DNA of 63,854 nt, counting the filler, from Choristocarpus tenellus KU-1152 (taxonomy: Eukaryota; Protista; Phaeophyceae), in assembly GCA_964200185.2 (NCBI GenBank). It is 9 parts of 9 records of this genome, joined end to end, with 100 filler letters (N's around TTAATTAATTAA, not from the genome) between each part and the next. Parts side by side here need not be neighbours in the genome. Positions count along the whole stretch, not along the records: positions 19,816 to 30,429 come from CAXNAD020002832.1; positions 30,530 to 37,565 come from CAXNAD020006809.1; positions 37,666 to 42,639 come from CAXNAD020012318.1; 6 more parts are not named here. One strand, 5' to 3'. Every line of letters begins with the position of its first letter. Positions within the stretch are counted from its first letter, which is position 1. Below the pieces are notes generated by a model. It was not told the origin of the DNA, ran no database searches, and saw nothing but the letters and a program-made list of their open reading frames with translations. A program made the translations under genes and the position numbers. Below, piece after piece: positions 26,401 through 38,035 of the stretch.

Positions 26401-29400
26401 AGGTTTCTATCACAGGTTTTGACACGTTTTTGATTAACTACAGACCTACATCTGCTATATTTCGTTTTCCCGGATTTCTCCTGGAACTACTTGATGTTTG
26501 TGCAGGCAATGAGCGTTGTGGCCAAGATGGTTGTGGGCTACATAAGTGGTTCACGCGATAGCTCGAGTTTAAATAAGGAGGATGGGAATACAGCAGAAGA
26601 AGTACCTTTTGCATACCAGAAATACACCCTTAGTTCAGCTATCCAGGCAAGTCAGCCATTATTATATATTCCCTTCAACCACAATGAGCAAGATCGACAT
26701 ACCTTAAGAATAAAAATTTTGGCTGTTGAGCATGAGCACGCACCTTGAAGTTGAAAGACAGGCTGCTACGTAAGGAATCCTCCAGTTTGTCGTAAGGAAT
26801 AGCGGGTTTAATGTGTTGACATTCTGCACATACCCTCTTGTGGTTGGGTATATACTGGAGAGTGCCTTGGGTGAGAGTGATGACTTCTGAACGTGCTGAC
26901 ATTGTAATCACCTCAGGTGTGTGAAACCGATGATCGGCCTGTCTTTCTTTTTACATTCATGGCACGCAAGGATGAGAAGCAGCCACGGGAGGTCAAGGCA
27001 GGTCAATACATGCGATTCCAGGCCTCGCTCCCAGATGGAACAGTTGTGCAACGGTAAGCCAGAGCCCATATCAGATTTTGATGTTATCATAATCGCAGCA
27101 GTCAAGAGGGGGTGGTGTGGGTGGATCATGACTCAGGGGTCATCATATGTTCTCAGATTGTGAGTTTCTGTTGAATCTCTTATGTACCCCTTCACACGCC
27201 CCAAACCCGAGCATGACTTCAACGGGAAGATCGGCATCTAGCGTGTTTGCATCATCAAGGAAGCGCAGAGGACAACCGTCAACCACCAGCGGGGGAACAA
27301 GTACGATGTTAATGTGACCATCGACTCAGAATGATATCAGCAATGGTACGTCGAAAATTTGCTGCCTGTCCTCAAGGAAAAGATGCCCTGGGTGGAAGCC
27401 CTCGACTTGACAGTGCAGCAGGACGGAGCGGCACCTCATACTGGCAACAAACACCCTATGTAAGCTCAACAAAGCGGGGAAGAGCGATAGGTGGAACATC
27501 AAACTTGAAACGCAGCCGGCACAGTCTCCAGACCTCAGCATCAACGACTTGGGGGTTTTCAATTCGCTGAAAAGCAGAGTTTGGAAGCAGTACTTCGGTA
27601 CTGTGGAGGACATGGCCGCAGGCGTTAGGACGCTTTTCGATGAGCACCCTGCAGAGACTCTTGAGCGAGTGTGGCAGAGCCTGTTCAGTAGGTACAATCA
27701 GGTGTTGACGGCTCTCAGAGGAAACGATTTCGAATTAGAACACAAGGGGGCTGGAAAGTCGGGGTCTATCTGCGGTCGAAAACGTACGTGGCAGTTGACC
27801 AGCATGTATACGCCGTGGCGGAGGAGTGGTGATGTGATGGGGAGGAAAGCGAAGAAGTTTGAGGTATATGCAGAAAACTGCTAGGAATCCATTCCAACAA
27901 ACCGTTTTCAAATCTGAAACATGCTCGAAACGTTATGAATAAGATTGACCAGACTTAAGGGACAGAGGAGTATGTAACCGATAGCATTCGGGACCATTCA
28001 CACATGCAGTGTTTACAAGGATGTAGACGAATTTCGTTCTAACTATCGATATATATATATTAGGTTTGAGAGTTCCAGCAACCCTTCATTGGCTGCACTC
28101 TGATGAGGGAGTGTACAATATAGGAGAATAGTAAGGTGTACACTATTTTGTGTATTGAAAATATGGTATTTGATTGTGTCCATTTGATGTAACTAATGAG
28201 ATAGTACATCTGGATTATGTCCAAAATGTTTAAGAGTAGGTAAAATGTGTACGTTATGAAAAGGATTGTCTGGAACAAGGACACTGACATCTCCAAACAA
28301 AAATGATAGCAAAATTACATCAAAATCGCAACATTAGATTTTGGCGCCTAAATGGACGCGGCTCTACCCTCTTAGATACTTTGACCCTACCTTCCAAGGT
28401 AAATTACACAACCCTAGATCTCTGCATGCTTGCCTTCTATCGTCCCCATTGCTTTCTCAGATCTTATCAAATGATTGATATGGTTCAACATGGAGAGCAG
28501 AGAGGTTACTGCTTTGCTATTCGTCTCTATCCAGATGGACTCATGTCTGGTGTCCTTAGGGACCTCACACACGGATCAAAAATGCGAATGATTGTAGGTG
28601 CTGTTGGTGATCGCCTTTTGGTGTACCATATTTCTGCTTGTGAGTGCTTTTCTGACCATTTATGGAGACATAGAACCTTCAAGTTGAGATTCTGTATATT
28701 GTACCTCTACTTTGTTTTTGTCCTGTTCTATTTTACTGATTGCAGTAAGCCGTTGCGAAGTAATGAACCCATCGCCAGTAAATGCAATACTTCTGTCCCC
28801 TTTAACTATTGAACATAACCACCTATTGCACCGCTTGTAGGGACCCTTCAACTTGTCAGGGGTACAAATCCCTCCTTTTGATGACTACATTTACATGTTT
28901 GCTGGAGGGACTGGTGTATCTCCAATGCTGCAGGTGATAAACCAATACTTGGGAAGTCCAAAGAAGGTGACAGATGTACAGGATAGTACAAGTGAGGATG
29001 GATCAAAACACGCTCCTGAAAAGGCTGCTGGACAATCAAGTAGCAAGGGTGGTCGTGCGAACAAGGAAAGATCTCTTTTGCTAGGAGGCGATGGTGACAA
29101 ACATTTCCCTTGGCCACCGAATGGAACCGGCACTGGCAAGCTGTGAGTCGAGCTATATTGGAAGAGTTGCTGTTATGCTGGACCCAAAGTATCTGGGGGA
29201 GGGGGGGGGGGCTACACCAGGGTGTCAATTTGAGACATAACCAGGAAACATGCACTTACATTATCCATCCTAGATGTGTGCAACCAAATCACACAAAAAT
29301 CGCGACATGAACAAATTGACCCCAAGTGGACAGCTGCCAACCCCCCCCCCAGATACTTTGAGCTCCGTGTGTTGGTGTATTACATCTTGTTCATGACACA

Positions 29401-30401
29401 CGGCTTACTAATACACAATACATGCAAATAGCTTGAACGCATTGGTTCTTTACCAGTAGAAGAAGATCCAAATATTGCTTCCTTGCGGTCAATTGCATGG
29501 TGTACCGAGAGGTGTGAAGCTCATTCTGAGGTAATGGGTCATCAATTTGCCTGTTTTGCTGTATCAGGGTCCTGGTGTGGCAGGCAAAATCTGAGTCGGA
29601 GCTCTACCTCAGAGACCGACTAGAAAGCTGGCGAGATCACAGTGGTGGCCGATTCTCGTTTGTCTTCCTTGTGCAGGTTTGCGATTATGAGCTCCGATTA
29701 TACCTCTTGCAGTTTGGGGAGTTTGGCTGCTGCATAGGTAGACATCTAGTCCTCAATGTGAGGGGTCAAAATAGTGATTGTCTGGAGACGGGCACTATAG
29801 CAATCTTTGCAGCAGTGATCAAGATTTAAATCCTACGCCCTATTAGACTGCACACATATGTACTGATACGCGATTACGTGGTTCAGTTATATGGAGTTCT
29901 TGGAGATCCATCATTGACTAGTTATATATTTTTGGCTTCATGTTAATGGTAGATTTGTTGCTAGTTGGAATTGATTTTACCTCAAGGGAAAATATCATTA
30001 GTAGCAATCACCTAGTGGAAATATTTCATATTACATTCTGCAATAATGAGCAGGTAACTATATGCAGCAGATTTAATCGTTTGCAACCCTCTCACCTCCA
30101 TCCTGTTCACTCACACATATTGCAAGCTCTTCCCCCATCGGTTCTGCAGCAACCTAAGAAAGAGAGGAGCCTTCGAGGGCGGCATCTAAATTATGGTTCT
30201 GCCTGGGCCCATCGTGGTAGTTCTCGTTCGCGTTCACGCTCACGCTCAAGAGGCGCTTCACTTCAGTCACGAAGGTCGAAGAATCTCATGGACTCTGGGA
30301 ACCAGGACAAGAAGAATGTTGAGCCTGACAATATCAACCATGGAGTGGACAAGACAGCAAAAACTGCTGTTGTTGGCAATACCGGAGTGGTTGATACTCA
30401 G
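20465..30401 (+). CDS. DOMON - cytochrome b561 - cytochrome b5 - FAD/NAD(P)H oxidoreductase (b5-reductase/FNR-like) fusion protein; 3' end lost in linker
   Basis: Exons from 20828 (DSSYNLKWE), 21307 (GFIGLGFGSLDMMGADIV), 22288, 22540 (SFHG..AFHGA), 23478 (MLLAW..ARY..WLEVHE), ~24067, 24432 (SHSIMG), 24880 (VHMWGGR), 25299, 25879 (KWVLVDDAIVDL), 26189 (HPGG..HRHS), 26506-26646, 26917-27053 (GQY..VQR), 28461-28593 (SY..IRLYPDGLMS), 28841-29141 (GP..FAGGTGVSPMLQ), 29568, ~30150-30401. First exon (signal-peptide-like MLLQRQFGGLFFV..) is uncertain because its phase does not join cleanly. Confidence 0.9.
27170..27972 (+). mobile_element. Mariner-like (plant-type DD39D/Stowaway-related) transposase pseudogene, 3' half with right TIR, inside an intron
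   Basis: FNGKIGI, VQQDGAAPH, QPAQSPDLSINDLGVFNSLKS, LERVWQSL..V....GNDF with stops; ends GGGACAGAGGAG|TA (27959-27972). Confidence 0.85.
28272..28387. mobile_element. MITE-B, truncated
   Basis: ...AAATGGACGCGGCTCTACCCTCTTAGATACTTTGACCC matches the family B end. Confidence 0.8.
29181..29364. mobile_element. MITE-A, full length, intronic
   Basis: GACCCAAAGTATCTGGGGG ... CCCCCAGATACTTTGAGCT; internal sequence matches 19834-20012. Confidence 0.9.
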
Positions 30402-30405
30402 GTAA

Positions 30406-30429
30406 GACCCAAAGTATCTGGGAGGGGGG
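30406..30429. mobile_element. MITE-A terminus directly after a splice donor, truncated by linker
   Basis: CAG|GTAA-GACCCAAAGTATCTGGGAGGGGG. Confidence 0.75.
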
Positions 30430-30611
30430 NNNNNNNNNNNNNNNNNNNNNNNNNNNNNNNNNNNNNNNNNNNNTTAATTAATTAANNNNNNNNNNNNNNN
30501 NNNNNNNNNNNNNNNNNNNNNNNNNNNNNGGGGGGGGGGGGGGGTGGGGGGGGGGGGGGGGGGGGGGGGGGCGGGAGGGTGGAACAATCACAGGGACAAA
30601 AAGGGACTCAC

Positions 30612-33600
30612 AGAAGGACTCGAAGATGGCAATACAAGCATCGCCATTGTTGCTCAGAGTATTGTTCCTCACGATGGCTTGATTACTACTTCGGTGAAGC
30701 ATGATACCAGCATTAAGGTTGTCATACACAATGTTATTCTGTATGGACACATCATCACACCGTTTCGAGGCAATAATGCCATGGTTGCCTGCAAAAAACA
30801 GTTTCACACCAAGCGGCCGTTGAGGAGACACTATTGTGAAACTGTCGAGTTTGAAATGTGGAACGAGAGGGAGGGGAGGGTGGGAATGAAAAGGACCAGC
30901 ATGCCTAGAAAAGAATCCAACATTCGTTGCCGACAAGACTTACCCAAGTCCGTAGTCAGTACACTTCAGTCAAACTGCCCCAAGGATGAAAAAAACGTAA
31001 AAGTGCCATTTAAGTGACAAAAGAAGGTATTGTTTTTTGGTTTTTTTTTAACTCAACCCACACACCTGAAAGCCAGATTAATACAACCAAGCGATTTGAT
31101 CTAGGATGAGGTCTTGGCACATTTGATAAGCATACCAACACTTCTGTCATCACAGTACCGGTTTCAATCATACCAACATGTCATCTTGACAATAAGATTT
31201 TGAAAATTTGAATACCCCCATGGATATTCCACATACACAGGTTGGTATACTATCTACGCAGATCTTTAGACATCACATGCGATGGTCATTTAGTGCACAG
31301 GGAACAAGCACAGACCATACAGTTAAGGTCATTTTGTTCACTACCACGTTAAGGCCAGCGGAGCTTGATAGATAGTAGTCATTGAAAGGTAATACCCAGC
31401 CCGTTTTCCATGAGGCTTCCAACTATCACCACCCCACGCATATATCCATCCTGTGAAGAAATATACTCATAGGTTTTCAGTTACCTGTAAGGCATATCTA
31501 CCTAATATTATAGAACATCCCACTACTGTTGTAGGAGTAACTCTTGACAGATGTAATAATTCAGATCATCTGAACTAACACTGTCTAAAACATGTCACAA
31601 TTGCAACTATTAACTTCTTTCACGCCAAAATCAGTATCAAACCCTACTTAAACTGTGCACACATGCCATCCTTACCACTACAAAACCCTTACTACAAAAC
31701 CAAAGAAAAGGAGAGATCATACCCAATAAAGTTTGTCCCTTTTCTGTGAGCATCTTGGTTAGTTCTTTGCATTTCTTCTAGCTCCTTGCTTTTCTGGAGT
31801 TACATCTTACTGTAGGTATGAGAGGGTCAAACTACTATCAAACTACCAGTGACAATTAAAGTGATAAAAGTGACATGATTAAATCCCATCCATCCTATCA
31901 ATATCTCCAATCCAAACTCATCCCAACACAACTGCAAATGATCAAGCAAGAATCGTTATCACCATTTTTTTTTATGCACAACATATCCTCATATATTTCA
32001 CAACCCAGATATCATTCCCCTAATATTTCACAATCAACACAACTTAAAAAAAGGACACACACAAAAAATTCCTTTAAAAAAAAAAAATTTAACCGTTCTG
32101 TTAACAAAAAAAAAAACTAGCATCATAAATCCCAACAAAAATCTGCAGTTTGAAGTGCAACATTAGAGTACTACCATACCACACATCCTAAACTGGGCAT
32201 ACACAAAATACTTTCACCCAAAACCCTAACCCTAATCAAGGAATTAGGAGACATTCTTAGCCAGTGGGATGTGTACTTGTATATCTATACCCCTCACCGC
32301 CAATACTACTCTTATACCATCGCCATAACCCTACCCCTACCCCTACTCCCATCAATAGTCACCAGAAATCCACACAAAAAACCCTAACCCTAATCCATCA
32401 CTACTCTGGAAAACTAGGGACGGTTCCCAGTTCAGTCAGTGGTCCGTCCAAATAATAGTCCTACTTGTACCACATGTACCTTGCATACAAGATAATGTTG
32501 TTAGAGAGACATACACCATCTCTCACCGTTGCCATAGACAATGTTGTTGTGAATTCTGAGGTTGTCGCTATCATCGTGGGGGTCAAAGCCGTACTGTGCA
32601 TTATTATGCATGAGGTTGTGTTCCCACAGTCCGTCCTGGTGACCATAGGAGTACCTTTGCCAAAAAATATATATATGCATCACATTTGTTCGAGGGAGAG
32701 GACGTAAGGGGGTATACCTCTTGAAGGGACTAGGTATACAATGAAAAAAATAAAAATGGTGTCATGTTAGTGATAATGCCATAGTACTTCTATATGAACA
32801 TCAATGGAATTAATACAGCATGTATCTGTGCATACTTCAGTCGACTAGAGGGCACATTACCGATACAGATGTTTACAACAGATGAAACAATGTGTGCCTT
32901 GTTCTCTGCCCTAACTGTCTAAACAAAACTTGATTTAAACCAGGTGCACACTAGCCCCGCGTCATGCCAAAACAATAGTGTAACTTAGTTTCAGGTGTAA
33001 GTTTAAGAGAAAAAGAATGTATGTTCAAAGGAAAAAGAATGTATGTTCAAAAGAAAACGATTGTATGTTCAAACCATTCCAACATCAAAGAAAAAAGGAA
33101 AATGTCATTCCAACACTCCTTGTACACCAACTAAGAACACTCCTTGTACACCTTGACTACAACCACGAAAAAAGTAATTAACCTTGGAAAAAAACAACAA
33201 CCCAACATGAAACAGCCATTTCAGGCGTCAAAACACGGCGAGATACATGAAACAGCCATTTCAAGCAAACTCTGCAAACACCACATGTACAAGCCAAAGA
33301 AGTGGAATCGACCATTGTGCACCCTAACCCTCAATAGTAGTAGTAGTAGTAGTAGTACAAATGCAAAAGACTGAAACCAAATTGTAACTCCTCACATGCC
33401 AAAGTAGTTGTGGTGAATGTTTGAGAACCGTATGTTTCCTCTGACCTGCACCCTGTCAAACAGCTCTTGATTCGACAGGTCTGTACAGAAGCCTCTCACC
33501 TGCCAACAAGATGCCAAAAGGTGTTAAAGGTGTTAAAAGGGGGAACAACATGACAAAGGGTTGTCATTCGCAAAGCCCGTCCAACACAGGTTTACTTTAT

Positions 33601-36600
33601 GTCACGCCAAGTTCACCTCTCACAATCATGCCATCGGCGGAGCTTTCTATGGCATTGTTCAAGACAACTGCTGTAAACTATTGACAAAACAACTGCATGT
33701 CATGTCATGTCATGTCCTACCATAGGCTTTTCTCATTATCGAACACTAAGAAACACCACCTATACACATACATGAGATCACAAGGAGTACACCATAGGGT
33801 TAGGGATAGAGTGTTCAGCACACCGTTCCAATGTTCTGAACGAACCCATTTCCAATTTAAAAAAATCAGATAATCGACAAACAAGAAAAGTTAGAACACA
33901 ACCCAATCAGACATCTCCGCAGCTTGTCCTTTCATAGCAACGATTATTACCACCCTACCAAGGCAGCACAATTGTACAAAATTTCTACACAGTAATATAC
34001 AGCCATGTACCTGTAATGACCTCATGCTCTAAATGATAATGTACAATATACACTACAGGTCGCTGAGTGTGTTCATGGACAATGGGGTTTGGAAAGGAGA
34101 TGATCCTCAAGAATGACCTCCACAATAGCAGTTGCGAAGTATCAAATGACCCAGAACAGTGTTCAACTCAATGAGGAGTACAGTCAAATATCCCCCAAGT
34201 ATGTCCTGGATGGATGACAGGATACATCGAATGACCCCCCAAGAGTCTTTATCACAACAGATGCTGTACAGCAAATGGCGCTGAGAATGGTATTGTTGGG
34301 TTCAAAAAAAGGTATAGACTACGTCAACACTGTCATTGCCCTGCACAACAGAAAATAAGGGTCAAGAAAGGTCAAACAGCATTCCAAGCCTGTCACTGGT
34401 GTTGAACCTAAGATTGTGAGTGTAATTAACCCAAGACTCTACAAAATATCAACCCTGAAATATCAAGGGCAACAAGACTCAATTATTGGTGTTGCAAATT
34501 GAACTTATTGTGGCTATTGAAACATGCGATTCAATAATTTCACAATCAAATCAACCCTACCCAAATTCAGTGATATCTTTCATCAGGTTCGTTTTTGTGT
34601 GAATGGGTGATGCTAACTCTGCTTGTAAAGCTCAGCGCTTCGAGAATCTCAATTGATGCACTTTACAAATATTGTAATAATAATAATAACAATAATAATA
34701 ATAATAATAGAGTACATCGACACATCACATCAACTGACTAAACCTTTTCACTAACAAATGGCTTTGATTCAAAACAATATGAACAACCCTAACCCTAACT
34801 CTAGCGCCAATAACTAGAGATTGCCTCTTTATCAGTATATTCTCATTTTATCAGGGTCTCAAACGTGTACCAGTAAAATGAGAATATTGAGGGGGGACAA
34901 GAAGGGTTCTTACGGTTGAAAATGAAAGTACAAACTAGAAACAAAGAGACACATTGATTTTCATCCTGCTTTCACTCATTTGACTATTAACACAACTGAA
35001 TCAGGAAAGGGAACCAACCTTGTAGGTGATGCCATATGCCTCAGTGCCAGCAAACCCAAGGTAGCCCACATCGCTGTTGATGACTGAAGATTTTTTTTTT
35101 AAGAAATATTGTTAAAACAAAAAAAATAATGTAGTAGGTTTGGAAGTGTTTTTATCGAAAAATATGAAATACATACTGATTCAAAAGCAACCCAAACAAA
35201 CACAAACACAAACACACAGACACACAGACAAACACATGACAACCTCTTGATGAACTGATGAAACATATGCAATTGTCTGTAACAAGCAAGTATTACTACT
35301 ACAAAATAATTGCTCAAATAACATAGCCATGGCTGACATTAAGGTCAGGCAATGCATGAAGGGGTCAGTCCTCGGACCAACCCCATTGAAACTATTCCGA
35401 TAGGGCAGGTCCAGGACCATCAAAGATTCCGAAAAGGACCAGACGTGGGCTAATCCACAGCCCTGAAAATGATGTAATGGCACAGGACCGTCCCAGAGAC
35501 TGGAAGATACTTAATTCTTACCAGATGCTTCAAAACGAGGATCTCAAAAAAAAAAGAAAAGTGTTTTCACATGTATTTGAAGTGTATATGAAATGTATTT
35601 GAAATACGTTTTAAGGTCGGCCTGTTTTGGTCCAGTCCGACACTAGTACCATAAACGTGTTTGGGATAGAGCCGGTTCAGGGTCATTGGAGATTGCAAAC
35701 ATAGAGAACGCTCCAATCACATTCCATCGAGACTGCTTTCTTAAAAAATAAGTAGCAATTTGGAATGCCTCCTTCTCTAACAAACTTCCCAAACGAAAAC
35801 ATGTATGAATGAAGTACTCCTTGGATAACAACTTGAAAGAATACAATCTGGAGTGACACATCCCTTCTAATAATCACCAACAGAAATCCATTATGCCTCA
35901 TGAGCAGCACCCATTTAAATACACGTTACTTAGGATATGCAAACAGAAAGAACACTCCAACCACATCGAAAAATATGGATGTGGAGTGAGACACTGCATC
36001 CATCAAATCACTGGTAAAATACTATCGCAGTACTTGACAAGCACCATGTTCCAAGCAACACTCCACAACCAACACATAAACGTGCAACCTGATTATGCCA
36101 TGAAATACCCATCAATACCCATCAAAATCATGATGAGGAAGTACCACTACAGGAAGCCACAGGCTGTTGCTCTTTACCACTCATAGTACCATGTAAGAAG
36201 CAACAACCAAAGCTCTTTGGTGGTCAAGTGGTCCAACTATATTGTGCACAACAGTACCTCTGAAAAAAGAACAGTGCAGAACTTGCGGGAGCAGCATTTC
36301 ATATCTGCCCCTTAGTACCCCTTAAAAACACTTAAGGAGGTCAAAATGTCGTTTGTTGAATATTATCAAGAATTCTCTGTGAATCCCACAAAGTAGAATA
36401 CTTCAAACATGAAATACACCTACCCCAACATATAGAGTAAGGCTTAGAGTTTGACGAAGATTTATGGTATCTTCAGATCACTCTGGGGGGGGGGGAGGTA
36501 CTCACTGTCGAGACGAGCTTCACCCCTGTCCTTCTTGGCAAACCCAACACATGTGTCAGGGGGGTCGTTAATCACCTCACTGAGAGCAGAGATGTAAGAA

Positions 36601-37043
36601 CGAGAGTCCTCAAGGTTCTCATCCACTGTATTTGCAATCATGTCCCATGAGGTTACCTGCCATGGGTAAGCGTGAGCAGGAAGCAACAACCATAAATCAA
36701 AGATGATACCAAAGGCAGACACCATTCCCTTCTTCAGCATCATCCACAACCTTTCTATGCCTTCCAAGATTACCATACAAACCAGCCTCTTTCACGCAAG
36801 GTGAACATTACTGTTACTCTCAGTAAACCCTAACACTCACATGAACATACACTTACAACTTAACAACAAGGGCAACATGTACTCAACAACCTCTCTCACA
36901 CAACCCCAACAAAACACGACTAACAGCACATCCTCCAAACCCACGACATCAAGGGGTTTCACCTTGGTATTCAGAATAGAGATCCATGCACCGTATGCTC
37001 TCAAGTTGATGAATTTCTCATCATCTGACTTCAGCCGGAGTTC
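30612..37043 (-). CDS. Mannuronan C5-epimerase (AlgG-like right-handed beta-helix), internal exons only
   Basis: Exons 36963-37043 (ELRLKSDDEKFINLRAYG), 36506-36656 (VTSWD..RSYISALSE..GEARLD), 35019-35083 (VGYLG..YGITYK), 33396-33499 (IHHNYFGM), 32527-32654 (YSYGHQ..YGFDPHDDSD), 30612-30788 (NHGIIASKRC..GIMLHRSS); all phases join. Confidence 0.92.
33009..33073. repeat. About 3 copies of a 22-bp tandem repeat (GAAAAAGAATGTATGTTCAAAG)
   Basis: Direct inspection. Confidence 0.7.
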
Positions 37044-37855
37044 CTGAGGTAAGACAGGTAAGGTGTTGTGTGATGGGTCCTCAACAGGTCAAAAGGTGAA
37101 GAAGTTCAAGTACTTCGCCTCATGAAAAAACAAAAACACCAATGAACTATGCACCAGAACATAAAAAGGGCGCAACCGAAATTTCATCGTTCACGATTGA
37201 GGACAACCTACTCCGCTCCCCTCGCAACTCCTCCAGAGGTGACGGAGCATATCCTGTTGTCACAACTTCTGTTGAACAACAAACACTTGCTATCCCACTT
37301 GACACATAGCAGCTGTCTGTTCTCAAACAAAACTCAGTTGCCTTCACTGAAAGTCACGCACGGAAAAAAACGTTTAGTTCATTCGAGTCCTCCACACTCT
37401 CCTCGCGTAGAGGACAAGCAATTGGTTACACAGACCAAAATAATGACAAGTTACAAGCAGAGGCATCGCTCACACGATCACCAGGGCTCTGGGAGGAGGC
37501 AAGGGGGAAGCAAGGGGTGCCGCTGGAACAGCTGGAACAATCGCCATAGTGATCTACTAAGTCAGNNNNNNNNNNNNNNNNNNNNNNNNNNNNNNNNNNN
37601 NNNNNNNNNTTAATTAATTAANNNNNNNNNNNNNNNNNNNNNNNNNNNNNNNNNNNNNNNNNNNNCTTGCTTCTGGCAAACCAAGGATATCCCAACAGTA
37701 ATGCCACCAAGTGTGTTAATTCGTCCAAAACTATTCTGTTCAAATGTGAAGACTATACTGCATGCTCCTTTTGTCTCTTTCTGTGGCCCCTCTCATTGTG
37801 TAGAGGCAGTGATTAGTGCGGAATTTTCCTCACCTCGAGATAACAAAATGTGCAG

Positions 37856-38035
37856 GTGACAGAGATGGACGAAAAGGAGCTGGTGTCACAGAGCGCATAC
37901 ATCCTGTTCTACATCCGCAGAGACTGCGCACGCCTCCGCATTGAGGATATCTACAACTCCGGACCCCCCCCGACCCAGGAAGATGTTGAGGCTATGATGT
38001 CGCAGCGAGACTCTGCGAGATGTACTGTCATGTAG
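37856..38035 (+). CDS. Last exon of a ubiquitin-specific protease (peptidase C19) ending in a CaaX motif (CTVM)
   Basis: gcag|VTEMDEKELVSQSAYILFYIRRD matches the USP C-terminal AYxLFY motif; stop at 38033-38035. Confidence 0.8.
   Translation: MTEMDEKELVSQSAYILFYIRRDCARLRIEDIYNSGPPPTQEDVEAMMSQRDSARCTVM

Noticed and set aside
20465-37043. Functional cluster of the redox fusion gene with the alginate epimerase
   Set aside because: Separated by an artificial linker; physical linkage unknown
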